Positions 45,390 to 53,871 of a stretch of 64,000 nt of DNA are shown here, in pieces (the stretch's first letter is position 1; each line of letters opens with the position of its first letter). Source of the DNA: Polyangiales bacterium (GTDB lineage: Bacteria > Myxococcota_A > Polyangia > Polyangiales > Houyiibacteriaceae); the NCBI GenBank assembly GCA_045106895.1, contig JBGCFM010000062.1, forward strand, positions 96,001 to 160,000. The letters are read 5' to 3'. The notes under the pieces were generated by a model. That model did not search any database, was not told where the DNA came from, and saw nothing but the letters and a program-made list of their open reading frames with translations. Both the position numbers and the translations under genes were made by a program.

Positions 45390-46124
45390 ATGAGTGAATG
45401 GTACGCGGAGGTCTTCGAGACCGACGCCTGGCACGCGATCCACGACGGTTTCTGGGAGGCCAGAGATCCCGCGGTGCACGCCGGGCTCATCACGAAGCGC
45501 CTCGGCCTGGAGGGACCTTCGACGATCCTCGACGTGCCTTGCGGGAACGGCCGAATCACCGGGGCCCTCGCAGACCTTGGCCACACGCTCACGGGCGTGG
45601 ACCTTTCCCCTTCCCTCCTCGCCAAAGCCCGCGAGCACACCCGTGGCCAAGCCGTCACTCTTGTCGAATGCGACATGCGCGCGCTGGCCGTAGGCGCCTC
45701 CTTTGACGCCGCCGTTTGCTGGTGGGGGAGCTTCGGCTACCTCGAGGGCGAAGGCGACTCGGAGTTTGCCCGCGCCGTCTGTGCGTCCTTGCGCGAAGGC
45801 GGTCGCTTCGTCATCGACACATCCGTCGCCGAAGGTTTGCTGCCCGTGTTCCAGCCGAGCGGGGTTTGGCAGGCCGGAGACGCATGGATCGCCGAAGAAC
45901 GTCGCTACGATATGGAGAGCGGCCGAATCGTCTCCAAGTGGACCGTCGAAGCTGACGGGACCTACCAGCGATTCACAACGTCCATCCGTCTGTACTCGTG
46001 GCGTGAGATCCGAACGCTGCTCAGCGACGCCGGGTTCCGAAGCGTCGAGCACTTCGACGCAGCGGGGAACACCTTCGAGCTTCGCTCCACCGGCGCACGT
46101 TCGCACATCGTCGCGACAAAGTAG
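45390..46124 (+). CDS. Class I SAM-dependent methyltransferase
   Basis: ILDVPCGNGR, GVDLS, CDMR, SFGY, LREGGRFVID. Confidence 0.9.
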   Translation: MSEWYAEVFETDAWHAIHDGFWEARDPAVHAGLITKRLGLEGPSTILDVPCGNGRITGALADLGHTLTGVDLSPSLLAKAREHTRGQAVTLVECDMRALAVGASFDAAVCWWGSFGYLEGEGDSEFARAVCASLREGGRFVIDTSVAEGLLPVFQPSGVWQAGDAWIAEERRYDMESGRIVSKWTVEADGTYQRFTTSIRLYSWREIRTLLSDAGFRSVEHFDAAGNTFELRSTGARSHIVATK

Positions 46125-46210
46125 CCGTCCCGCGGCGGCCTCAACGCGTAGGCGAGCGCACGGCAAAAACGAAGTTGACGTGCCACCTCCTCTCGGAGTC
46201 CCATGCGGGC

Positions 46211-47581
46211 ATGTTCAAGACCATTTCGCCCATCGACGGCTCTGTTCTCCTCGAACGTGAGTTTGCCAGTGACCAAGACATCGACGCAGCCCTCGACGCT
46301 GCGGGCAAGAGCGAGTGGCGTGGCCTCGCCCTCGATGCGCGGATTGAAGCCGTCTCGAAAATGGTCGACGCCGTGGTCGGAAAGAAGGACGAGCTCGCCA
46401 AAGAGCTCACCGAACAGATGGGCCGACCCATTCGCTTCGCGCCGGGAGAAATCGGCGGCTTCGAAGATCGCGCACGCCGAATGATCGAGCTCGCACCAGA
46501 GTCCCTCGCCGCGATTCACCCGCCCGAGAAAGACGGCTTCCGGCGATTTGTCACGCGCGAAGCCCTTGGAACGGTGCTGGTGCTCTCGCCGTGGAACTAC
46601 CCTTGGCTCACCAGCGTAAACGCGTTCGTGCCAGCGCTGCTGGCGGGCAATACCGTCGTCCTCAAGCACAGCGAGCAAACCCCTCTCGTCGCGGAACGAC
46701 TTCAGGAGGCGGCGCAAGCGGCGGGCCTCCCGGCTGGTGCGTTCCAATTCGTTCACGCGGACAACGACCAGATCGCCAAGGTCGTCGGCGACGAGCGAAT
46801 CGCCCACGTGTGTTTCACAGGCTCCGTCGAAGGCGGTCGTGCGGTTCACAAAGCCGCCGCGTCGCGCTTCGTCGCGATGGGTCTGGAGCTGGGGGGCAAA
46901 GACCCTGCGTACGTACGCGAAGATGCAGATTTCGATTTCGCCGTTGAGAACCTCGTCGATGGGTCCTTCTTCAATTCGGGTCAGAGCTGCTGCGGCGTAG
47001 AGCGCATCTACGTTCACCAGTCCCACTACGAGCGCTTCCTCGAAGCCTTTGTCGCAAAGTCCAAGGAGTACGTTCTCGGCGACCCGCGGGACGAGAATAC
47101 AACGCTTGGTCCCGTCGTCCGCGAACGCAACGCACTCGCGATTCAGGCGCAGATCGACGCCGCCGTTCACGACGGCGCTAAAGCACACATCGAAGCGCCC
47201 TTCGCCGGGAGTGAACGCGGCGCGTCCTACCTAGGTCCTCAGGTCCTCTCGGGTCTCACGCACAAGATGACGATCATGCAGGAGGAGACCTTTGGTCCCG
47301 TCGCTTGCATCATGCCGGTGGCGGACGACGCCGAAGCCGTAGCGCTGATGAACGATAGCCGGTTCGGGCTCACGGCCTCCGTCTGGTCCGCCGATCTCGA
47401 CCGAGTCGCGGCCCTCGGCGTCCAGCTTGAGACCGGAACCGTCTTCGCGAACCGATGCGACGCCCTCGACCCCGATCTCCCGTGGGTCGGCGTGAAAGAC
47501 TCTGGCCGTGGCGCAACTCTGGGTCGCGTCGGCTTTGAACATCTGACTCGCGCGAAGTCCTTTCACCTTCGTGAACGCTAG
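46211..47581 (+). CDS. Aldehyde dehydrogenase family protein
   Basis: PWNYP, FTGS, LELGGKDP, NSGQSCC, EETFGPV. Confidence 0.93.
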   Translation: MFKTISPIDGSVLLEREFASDQDIDAALDAAGKSEWRGLALDARIEAVSKMVDAVVGKKDELAKELTEQMGRPIRFAPGEIGGFEDRARRMIELAPESLAAIHPPEKDGFRRFVTREALGTVLVLSPWNYPWLTSVNAFVPALLAGNTVVLKHSEQTPLVAERLQEAAQAAGLPAGAFQFVHADNDQIAKVVGDERIAHVCFTGSVEGGRAVHKAAASRFVAMGLELGGKDPAYVREDADFDFAVENLVDGSFFNSGQSCCGVERIYVHQSHYERFLEAFVAKSKEYVLGDPRDENTTLGPVVRERNALAIQAQIDAAVHDGAKAHIEAPFAGSERGASYLGPQVLSGLTHKMTIMQEETFGPVACIMPVADDAEAVALMNDSRFGLTASVWSADLDRVAALGVQLETGTVFANRCDALDPDLPWVGVKDSGRGATLGRVGFEHLTRAKSFHLRER

Positions 47582-47734
47582 TGTGCGATTCAGAAAGGTT
47601 GCGGGGGAAGGCGAAGTCAGCGCTGTTCAGACCAAGGCACGAGGAGGAGGAATATCTGGATATTTCGACGACGAGAAACGCAGGGCTGAGCAGCGCTGGC
47701 GAGAAAGCCCCCTCAAGATTTTTGAATCGCATAC
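47581..47734 (+). repeat. Long imperfect hairpin element related to the 18.3-kb repeats
   Basis: Outer GTGTGCGATTCAGAAA / TTTTTGAATCGCATAC; inner GTCAGCGCTGTTCAG (47616-47630) / CTGAGCAGCGCTGGC (47686-47700); CAAGGC and AACGCAG loop motifs; apex GAATAT-CTGG-ATATTT. Confidence 0.75.
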
Positions 47735-47741
47735 GAGCTTA

Positions 47742-48401
47742 ATGCAGGCCGTCTGCGCTGCGTTGATGGTGCTCGCACTCAGCGCAGGCGCCGCGGCTCA
47801 AGGGCCGCGCGTCGCGGACGCGGCGAGCGAAATCGACACGCCGGCATCGCTCGGCGACGAGAGCAGCGACGCTCGCTGGACGCCACTTCGAGAGCTTCGA
47901 CTCGAGCATCACGCGCATCGACGCACCGACGGATGGCTGCTCACCGGATGGGGCGTCGTTAGCGCGGTGGGTGGCCTGGTGATGTCTATCGCTGGCAGAG
48001 ACGATCCGTTTTGGCTCAGCCAAGGTCTCACCACCCTCTCCTTCGCGGCCTTCAACATCCCGTTGGGCATTGGTCTCCTCGATGTAAGCGGCTCGCGCCT
48101 GCAGGACATCCAGAGCGACCGCTATGGCGAGCTTCTGGTCTACGACGAGGTCTTGGAGGCCGCGATCTCCGCTCAACGCTCGAAGCGGATCAGCCTCGCC
48201 GTCAACGGCGCGTTGGATGTCTTGTACATGGTCGGCGGGGCGCTCCTCGTTGGCCTCGCGAGCCGCACCAGCTCCCCAAACACCGCCGCCGGCGCTGGGT
48301 GGGCCATGATCGGCCAAGGCGTCGTTCTCCTCGGCTTCGACATCTACGGAGTCATCGTTTCTTCTCGAAATATGGCCCAGTTACGACAGCTTCGAAATTA
48401 A
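47742..48401 (+). CDS. Hypothetical membrane protein (possibly DUF6992-like)
   Basis: Signal peptide plus four hydrophobic helices; VNGALDVLYMVGG and QGVVLLGFD motifs. Confidence 0.55.
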   Translation: MQAVCAALMVLALSAGAAAQGPRVADAASEIDTPASLGDESSDARWTPLRELRLEHHAHRRTDGWLLTGWGVVSAVGGLVMSIAGRDDPFWLSQGLTTLSFAAFNIPLGIGLLDVSGSRLQDIQSDRYGELLVYDEVLEAAISAQRSKRISLAVNGALDVLYMVGGALLVGLASRTSSPNTAAGAGWAMIGQGVVLLGFDIYGVIVSSRNMAQLRQLRN

Positions 48402-48484
48402 AGCCGGCTCGATTGGAAATCCGCAGACGCCACGACGACAGCTGAGTAAGGGCCCGAGGCCCCGTCACCTTTGCTGGAGAATTT

Positions 48485-49993
48485 ATGCGTCGTCTATCCA
48501 CTTTTGTCGCCTTCGGACTCGCCCTTGGGTCCGCCTGCACCACCTCAACGCCCGTCGTGGAGCCCGAGGTTATGGAACGTCCGGTCAGTGAACTCGGTGT
48601 CGCCGGCGACTTCGCGGAACAACTCGTCGGACCCGAAGGCGCCGAGATTCAACTTGGGGAGGCGACGCTTCGAGTCCCCGCGGGTGCCCTTCGCGACGAG
48701 ACCATGGTGCGCATCACCATCGAAGACGCGGACATCCCCCAGGGCTTCCGCGCCTACTCACCGGTGTACCGAATCGAACCCGCTCTGAGCGCATCGGCCC
48801 TCGACCTTCCCCACGTTGGCGACGACAACATCGTGACGCTCTTCTGGGCGCAGCAAGACGGCGGATTCGCGGCAAGCCAAAGCGAAGCCGCGGATGGACG
48901 AGTCAGCGCATCCCTCACCAGCGTCAGCCGCGCCTTCGTCGGTGTCGCCTGTGAGGGTGACGAGTGCTGCCGACGCGCCACGAGCGCCCTCGACGTGCTT
49001 CTTCTCTTGGACAACTCGGGCTCCATGGCTGAGGAGCAGGCGACCCTCGCGGCGGCACTTCCAGCGTTGGTCGAAGCCCTTGTCACCGGCGATGCCGACG
49101 GCGACGGCGTTCAAGACTTCCCCGTCATCGACTCGCTTCAGCTCGGCTCCATCTCATCCGACATCGGAACCGGCGGCTTCACGATTCCTACCTGCAACGA
49201 GCCGAACTTCGGCGACGACGGCATCCTCCTCCAGCACGGCGTCGGCGCCGGCTGCGACCCGAGCTACCCAGCGATTCAGAGCTTCGACGGTGGCGACCCA
49301 AGTGCCTTCGCGAGCTCCGTTCAGTGCGTCGCGATGACCGGCACGCAGGGCTGCGGGTTCGAGCAGAGCCTCGACGCCATGCTCAAGGCGGTGGCGCCAA
49401 GCACACACGCCTCTCCCGCAGGTAGCCTGACTCGTTTCGTCAACGGCTCCGTGGGTCACGGCGACGGCGCCAACTCAGGGCTTGTCCGCGAACACGCCAC
49501 CCTCGCGCTCATCAACCTCAGCGACGAAGACGACTGCTCCGCCTTGGACCCCGACATCTTCAACCGCGACAGCGCAACCTACACAGACCCGGACCTCAAC
49601 CTTCGATGCTCGAGGTACTCGGAAACCGCCCTTCACCCCACCTCGCGCTACTCCGACGGCTTCCTCGCCCTCAAGGCCGACCCGAGTCAGCTCGTCTACG
49701 CCGCCATCGCCGGCATCCCCACAGGAATGGGTGGCGCGACGAACGCAGAGATTCTCGCCGACCCACGTATGGTCGAAGCCGCGGACCCAGCCATGCCTAG
49801 TCAGCTCACGCCCGTTTGTGAAAGCGAAGCGGGCTACGCGTACCCGGCTCGACGCATCGTGGAGGTCGCCGAGCAGCTCGACGCGGCGGGCGCCTTCACC
49901 GTCGCGTCGTCCATCTGCGACTCAGACTTTCAGGCTGCCGCCGCTGCCATCTTGGCATCCCTGGCGTCGAGCGCCTCCGGCTCCTGCGAGTAG
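48485..49993 (+). CDS. Lipoprotein with ZU5-like domain and Cys-rich vWA domain
   Basis: Lipobox LGSAC; VGPEGAEI..LRVPAGAL..SPVYRIEP; MIDAS motif LDVLLLLDNSGSM; GCGFEQ, SDEDDCS, SSIC. Confidence 0.8.
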   Translation: MRRLSTFVAFGLALGSACTTSTPVVEPEVMERPVSELGVAGDFAEQLVGPEGAEIQLGEATLRVPAGALRDETMVRITIEDADIPQGFRAYSPVYRIEPALSASALDLPHVGDDNIVTLFWAQQDGGFAASQSEAADGRVSASLTSVSRAFVGVACEGDECCRRATSALDVLLLLDNSGSMAEEQATLAAALPALVEALVTGDADGDGVQDFPVIDSLQLGSISSDIGTGGFTIPTCNEPNFGDDGILLQHGVGAGCDPSYPAIQSFDGGDPSAFASSVQCVAMTGTQGCGFEQSLDAMLKAVAPSTHASPAGSLTRFVNGSVGHGDGANSGLVREHATLALINLSDEDDCSALDPDIFNRDSATYTDPDLNLRCSRYSETALHPTSRYSDGFLALKADPSQLVYAAIAGIPTGMGGATNAEILADPRMVEAADPAMPSQLTPVCESEAGYAYPARRIVEVAEQLDAAGAFTVASSICDSDFQAAAAAILASLASSASGSCE

Positions 49994-50015
49994 TCGCCTC
50001 CACCATTCGTTCCTC

Positions 50016-50053
50016 AAAGAACGGCTCGCACATCGCGGGCCGTTCTTTTTTTT
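50016..50053 (+). terminator. Intrinsic terminator
   Basis: Stem AAAGAACGGCTCGC / GCGGGCCGTTCTTT running into a T8 tract. Confidence 0.9.
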
Positions 50054-50140
50054 GCAGTCTTCGCGAGCGAGGTCTCCGCAATTGGACGCGCCGCGCTTTT
50101 TGCGGTGACGATGGCGACAAAGGGCCCTATGAAGCGCGCG

Positions 50141-50917
50141 ATGAGTACGCCGGCCCTTCGATGCAAGAACGTCGTCAAACGCTACGGCGAGTTCACCGCC
50201 GTGAGCCACGTCGACCTTGAGGTTCGAGCCGGCGAGATCTTTGCGCTCCTCGGCCCAAACGGCGCCGGTAAGACGACCCTCATCGCGTGTATCACCGGGC
50301 TCGCGCGGGCGACGGAAGGCAGCATCGAAGTCTTCGGCCACGACGTGGTCAGCGACTACCGGGCGGCGCGACAGCTCGTCGGCCTCGTGCCCCAAGAGAT
50401 CAACTTCGATCCCTTCTTCACGCCCGTCGAGTCCCTCATGATTCAGTCCGGGCTCATGGGCGTTGAGCCCGATGAGAAGAGAGCGCTGCAGCTCTTGCGA
50501 ACCTTCGCCCTCGAAGACCACAAAGACGCCTACACGCGCCAGCTCTCCGGCGGAATGAAGCGACGTCTCTTGGTCGCCAAAGCACTCGTTCATCAACCGA
50601 AGCTGCTCTTCTTGGACGAACCCACCGCCGGCGTCGACGTCGAGCTGCGCAAGGAGCTGTGGACGGAGGTGCGCCGCCTCCGCGACGCCGGGACGACCAT
50701 TGTCCTGACAACGCACTATCTCGAAGAAGCCGAAGAGCTCGCAGACCGCATCGGCATCTTACGGAAGGGCGAACTCATCGTCGTCGAAGACCGCGACACA
50801 ATGATGGCGCGAGGCGCCGGCGCGAAAAACCTAGAAGAGATCTACGTCGACTTGATTCGCGGAGATGACCCCAGTTCCGCCGAGGATATGAACCAGGGCG
50901 AGGGAGCTTCCTCGTGA
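50141..50917 (+). CDS. ABC-2 type transporter ATP-binding protein (YadG-like)
   Basis: GPNGAGKTT, LSGGMKRR, LDEPTAGVD, TTHY; start between 50105 and 50141. Confidence 0.92.
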   Translation: MSTPALRCKNVVKRYGEFTAVSHVDLEVRAGEIFALLGPNGAGKTTLIACITGLARATEGSIEVFGHDVVSDYRAARQLVGLVPQEINFDPFFTPVESLMIQSGLMGVEPDEKRALQLLRTFALEDHKDAYTRQLSGGMKRRLLVAKALVHQPKLLFLDEPTAGVDVELRKELWTEVRRLRDAGTTIVLTTHYLEEAEELADRIGILRKGELIVVEDRDTMMARGAGAKNLEEIYVDLIRGDDPSSAEDMNQGEGASS

Positions 50918-51675
50918 ACATGATCTCCCTCAAGACCCTCTTCCTCAAAGAGGTTCGGCGTTTCTCAAAGGTCTGGATGCAGACCGTATTCAGCCCCCTC
51001 ATTACGACGAGCCTCTACTTCCTGGTCTTTGGAGTCGCCCTCGGCTCGCGCCTCCGGGAGATCAACGGCGTCCCTTATATCGAGTTCGTGGTGCCAGGCC
51101 TCGTGATGCTAGGCATCATCAGCAATTCCTTCCTGAACTGCTCGTCGAGCCTTTTTCAGTCCAAGATCAACGGCACCATCGTGGACGTTCTCGTCGCGCC
51201 GATGGGCGGCCGAGAGATGCTCGTGGGCTACGTCAGCGCCGCCATGCTCCGCGCCACCATTGTGGGCACTTTGGTGTACCTCGTCGCGAGCCTCTTCACG
51301 GGCTTCAAGATGGCCCATCCCGGCTGGGTTGTGTTCTTCGGGTTCAGCGTCAGTGGATGCTTCGCCTGCCTCGGCCTCATCGCCGCGCTCTGGTCAGAAA
51401 AATTCGACCACCTGAGCATCTTCCCCAACTTTGTCCTGACTCCGCTCACGTTCCTCGGCGGCGTCTTTTACTCCGTCGACATGCTCCCGGCTCCTTGGGA
51501 TCTCGTCAGCCGCGCCAACCCCATTCTCTACATGGTCAATGGTCTGCGCTACGGACTCCTTGGAGTCTCCGATGTCCCCGTGCTTCACGCCGCCGCGTTT
51601 GTCGGCTCGCTGGTCATCATTCTCTTCTTCATTTGCGAGCGTTTGCTCTCAAGCGGCTGGAAGCTCCGCAAGTAG
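50914..51675 (+). CDS. ABC-2 type permease (YadH-like)
   Basis: KEVRRF, PGLVM, TPLTFLGGVFYS, NPILYMVNGLRYG; GTGA overlap. Confidence 0.92.
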   Translation: MNMISLKTLFLKEVRRFSKVWMQTVFSPLITTSLYFLVFGVALGSRLREINGVPYIEFVVPGLVMLGIISNSFLNCSSSLFQSKINGTIVDVLVAPMGGREMLVGYVSAAMLRATIVGTLVYLVASLFTGFKMAHPGWVVFFGFSVSGCFACLGLIAALWSEKFDHLSIFPNFVLTPLTFLGGVFYSVDMLPAPWDLVSRANPILYMVNGLRYGLLGVSDVPVLHAAAFVGSLVIILFFICERLLSSGWKLRK

Positions 51676-51730
51676 CGGAGGTCGCTCAAGAAGACCCAGG
51701 GCTTCATCTCAGTAGCCCTGAGAGGAAGCA

Positions 51731-53326
51731 CTAAAAGAAGTAGGCCGCGATAGCTGCGATCACCAGAATCACTCCGCCGATCATGAGCCCGAAACCGAGC
51801 CGCGTCGCCGAATCGGTGGCCGCCGGCACAGCAAGGGCTGGCTGAGTGTCGTCCTGCGGATCGGAGTCCGAGGGCGCGTCTGAATCGGACTTTGGTGGCC
51901 CAGGCGGCGGGTCCGAAGGCACCGCAAAGCTGCCTGTCCACTGGCTCTCAACCTCGTGACTGGCGTGATGCAAGAGCCCACGCCCAAACGTCGCGACGCT
52001 GGAGTATCGGTCGTCCGGGTCTCTCTCGATGGCTCGCTGAATGACCTGAGCAAGCTCCGGCGACACGTCCGCGATCTGGTCGAGGCGAGGCAGCTTCTTC
52101 TCAGAGATCTGCTGAATCAGGTCGATGTAGGAGTCCGCACGGAACGCTCGCTCGCCCAGGATGATCTCGTAGAGCATGACACCGAGCGCGTATTGGTCCG
52201 CGCCCGTTCCAGCGCTGACGCTTCCGAGGAGGACCTCGGGCGCCATGTACTCCGGCGTCCCAAAGAGTGACTCACCTCGCTGCGCCAACGTCTCTTCGTC
52301 CTTCGGCTTCGCGATGCCGAAATCCAGCACGGTGGGGTGAGGTCGAATACCGACGGAACGCCCGATGATAATGTTCGGGGGCTTCAGGTCTCTGTGCACC
52401 ACGCCACATCGGTGACCTTCGGCGACGGCGCTCACGATCGGCACGAGCAAGTCGACGGCGCTCTGAGCGTCCATCGCGCCCTCGCGCTTCATGTGCTCGT
52501 GGAGCGTCTCCCCTTCAACAAACTCCATCACGATGTAGGGGAGACGTCGAACGATGATGCGGGTGCCGCCGATAGACTGATCGACGTCGAAGCCGGCACC
52601 GTCCGCCGTCTCCATCCACCCCTCGCTGATGGGCTGCACGGTGGCTTTGAGCGTCCCGTAGTCGATGAGGCGCACGATATGCGGGTGGTTTAGTTTCCCG
52701 ATGGTCTGCATCTCGCGCTCAAAGCGCTGACGCTCCACATCGTCGTTGTCCGACGCGCGGTGGGTGTGAAGGATCTTAACGGCCACGCGCTGCCCTGTGG
52801 AGAGCTGCTTTGCTTCGTAGACGATGGCGAAGGCACCCTCACCGAGTGTACGGACGATCTCGTAGCGCCCGTCCAAGACCTGCCCCGGGGCGACTCGCCC
52901 ATCCGCAGGAATGCTGGTCGCCGCCGCGGGAATGGACGGCGCTTGCTTCCGCGTCTGCAGGTGGTTCTCGATGCGCGCGACGACGACTGGAAAGTCGATG
53001 GGCTTGGTGACGTAGTCGTTGGCGCCTAGGCGAAGCGCCTCGACGACATCCTCGCTGCTGGTCTTCGCCGTCGCCATGAGGATAGGCAGCTCGGCGCGCG
53101 GGTAGGTCTTTCGAACCTGTTCGAGCACCTCGAGGCCGCTCATCCCCGGCATCATCACGTCGAGGAGCACCAAATCGAAGGGCGTGGAGTCGATGAGGGC
53201 AATGGCCGTCTCTCCACAGTCCGCCGTCTTCACGTCGAAGCCGCGCCGCTCGAGCCTTCGAGCGAGCATATCTCGGTTGTCCTCGTTGTCGTCGACGACG
53301 AGTAGTCGCGCGCTAACTTCGCTCAT
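51731..53326 (-). CDS. Receiver domain-Ser/Thr protein kinase fusion with C-terminal TM anchor
   Basis: REC (VVDD, LLDVMMPGMSG, KP); kinase LGEGAF, VAVK, HRDLKPPN, DFG, GTPEYMAPE; terminal hydrophobic helix. Confidence 0.92.
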   Translation of the reverse strand: MSEVSARLLVVDDNEDNRDMLARRLERRGFDVKTADCGETAIALIDSTPFDLVLLDVMMPGMSGLEVLEQVRKTYPRAELPILMATAKTSSEDVVEALRLGANDYVTKPIDFPVVVARIENHLQTRKQAPSIPAAATSIPADGRVAPGQVLDGRYEIVRTLGEGAFAIVYEAKQLSTGQRVAVKILHTHRASDNDDVERQRFEREMQTIGKLNHPHIVRLIDYGTLKATVQPISEGWMETADGAGFDVDQSIGGTRIIVRRLPYIVMEFVEGETLHEHMKREGAMDAQSAVDLLVPIVSAVAEGHRCGVVHRDLKPPNIIIGRSVGIRPHPTVLDFGIAKPKDEETLAQRGESLFGTPEYMAPEVLLGSVSAGTGADQYALGVMLYEIILGERAFRADSYIDLIQQISEKKLPRLDQIADVSPELAQVIQRAIERDPDDRYSSVATFGRGLLHHASHEVESQWTGSFAVPSDPPPGPPKSDSDAPSDSDPQDDTQPALAVPAATDSATRLGFGLMIGGVILVIAAIAAYFF

Positions 53327-53370
53327 GAGCCCCTGGTCATACTACTCAAGGCCGCGCTCCCGCGAAAGCC

Positions 53371-53745
53371 CTAGCTTTCAGCGTTTCCTGCGGCGAGCGT
53401 TTCGATCTTTGAAAGGAGACTCTTGAGGTCGATGGGCTTCGTCCCGTATTCGTCACATCCAGCCGCCAAGGCCTTCTCGCGGTCCCCGCTCATCGCGTGC
53501 GCCGTGAGCGCGATGATCGGAATATGACTCATCGCAGGGTCTCCTTTGAGCCGCCGCGTCGCCTCCCACCCGTCAATCTTTGGGAGGCTCATATCCATCA
53601 GGATGACGGCGGGCATTTCCTTCTTTGCGATGGCGATACCCTCCTCACCATCGACGGCTTCCAAGACCTCGTACCCCCGCCTACGTAGACGGCGCGAGAG
53701 CATGTCTCGGTTGAGCTCGTTGTCTTCGACCAGCAAGATTCTCAT
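53371..53745 (-). CDS. Single-domain response regulator (DivK-like)
   Basis: MRILLVEDNELNRDML, ILMDMSLPKIDG, ALTAHAM, TKP. Confidence 0.92.
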   Translation of the reverse strand: MRILLVEDNELNRDMLSRRLRRRGYEVLEAVDGEEGIAIAKKEMPAVILMDMSLPKIDGWEATRRLKGDPAMSHIPIIALTAHAMSGDREKALAAGCDEYGTKPIDLKSLLSKIETLAAGNAES

Positions 53746-53871
53746 GGGGTTCCTGGAGCGGAGAGGAGCACGGATGCTCGCTCTGTGGCGACAGTCTAGC
53801 GTCGCCAGGCCCATAGACTCCCTCGAATCCCTCGCAGGGCGCAATAAAACGTGCGAATCTCCCGCTTCGCG

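Noticed and set aside
44407..47581. Epimerase, methyltransferase and ALDH as a biosynthetic cluster
   Set aside because: No scaffold-forming enzyme (PKS, NRPS, terpene or RiPP precursor); generic enzymes only.
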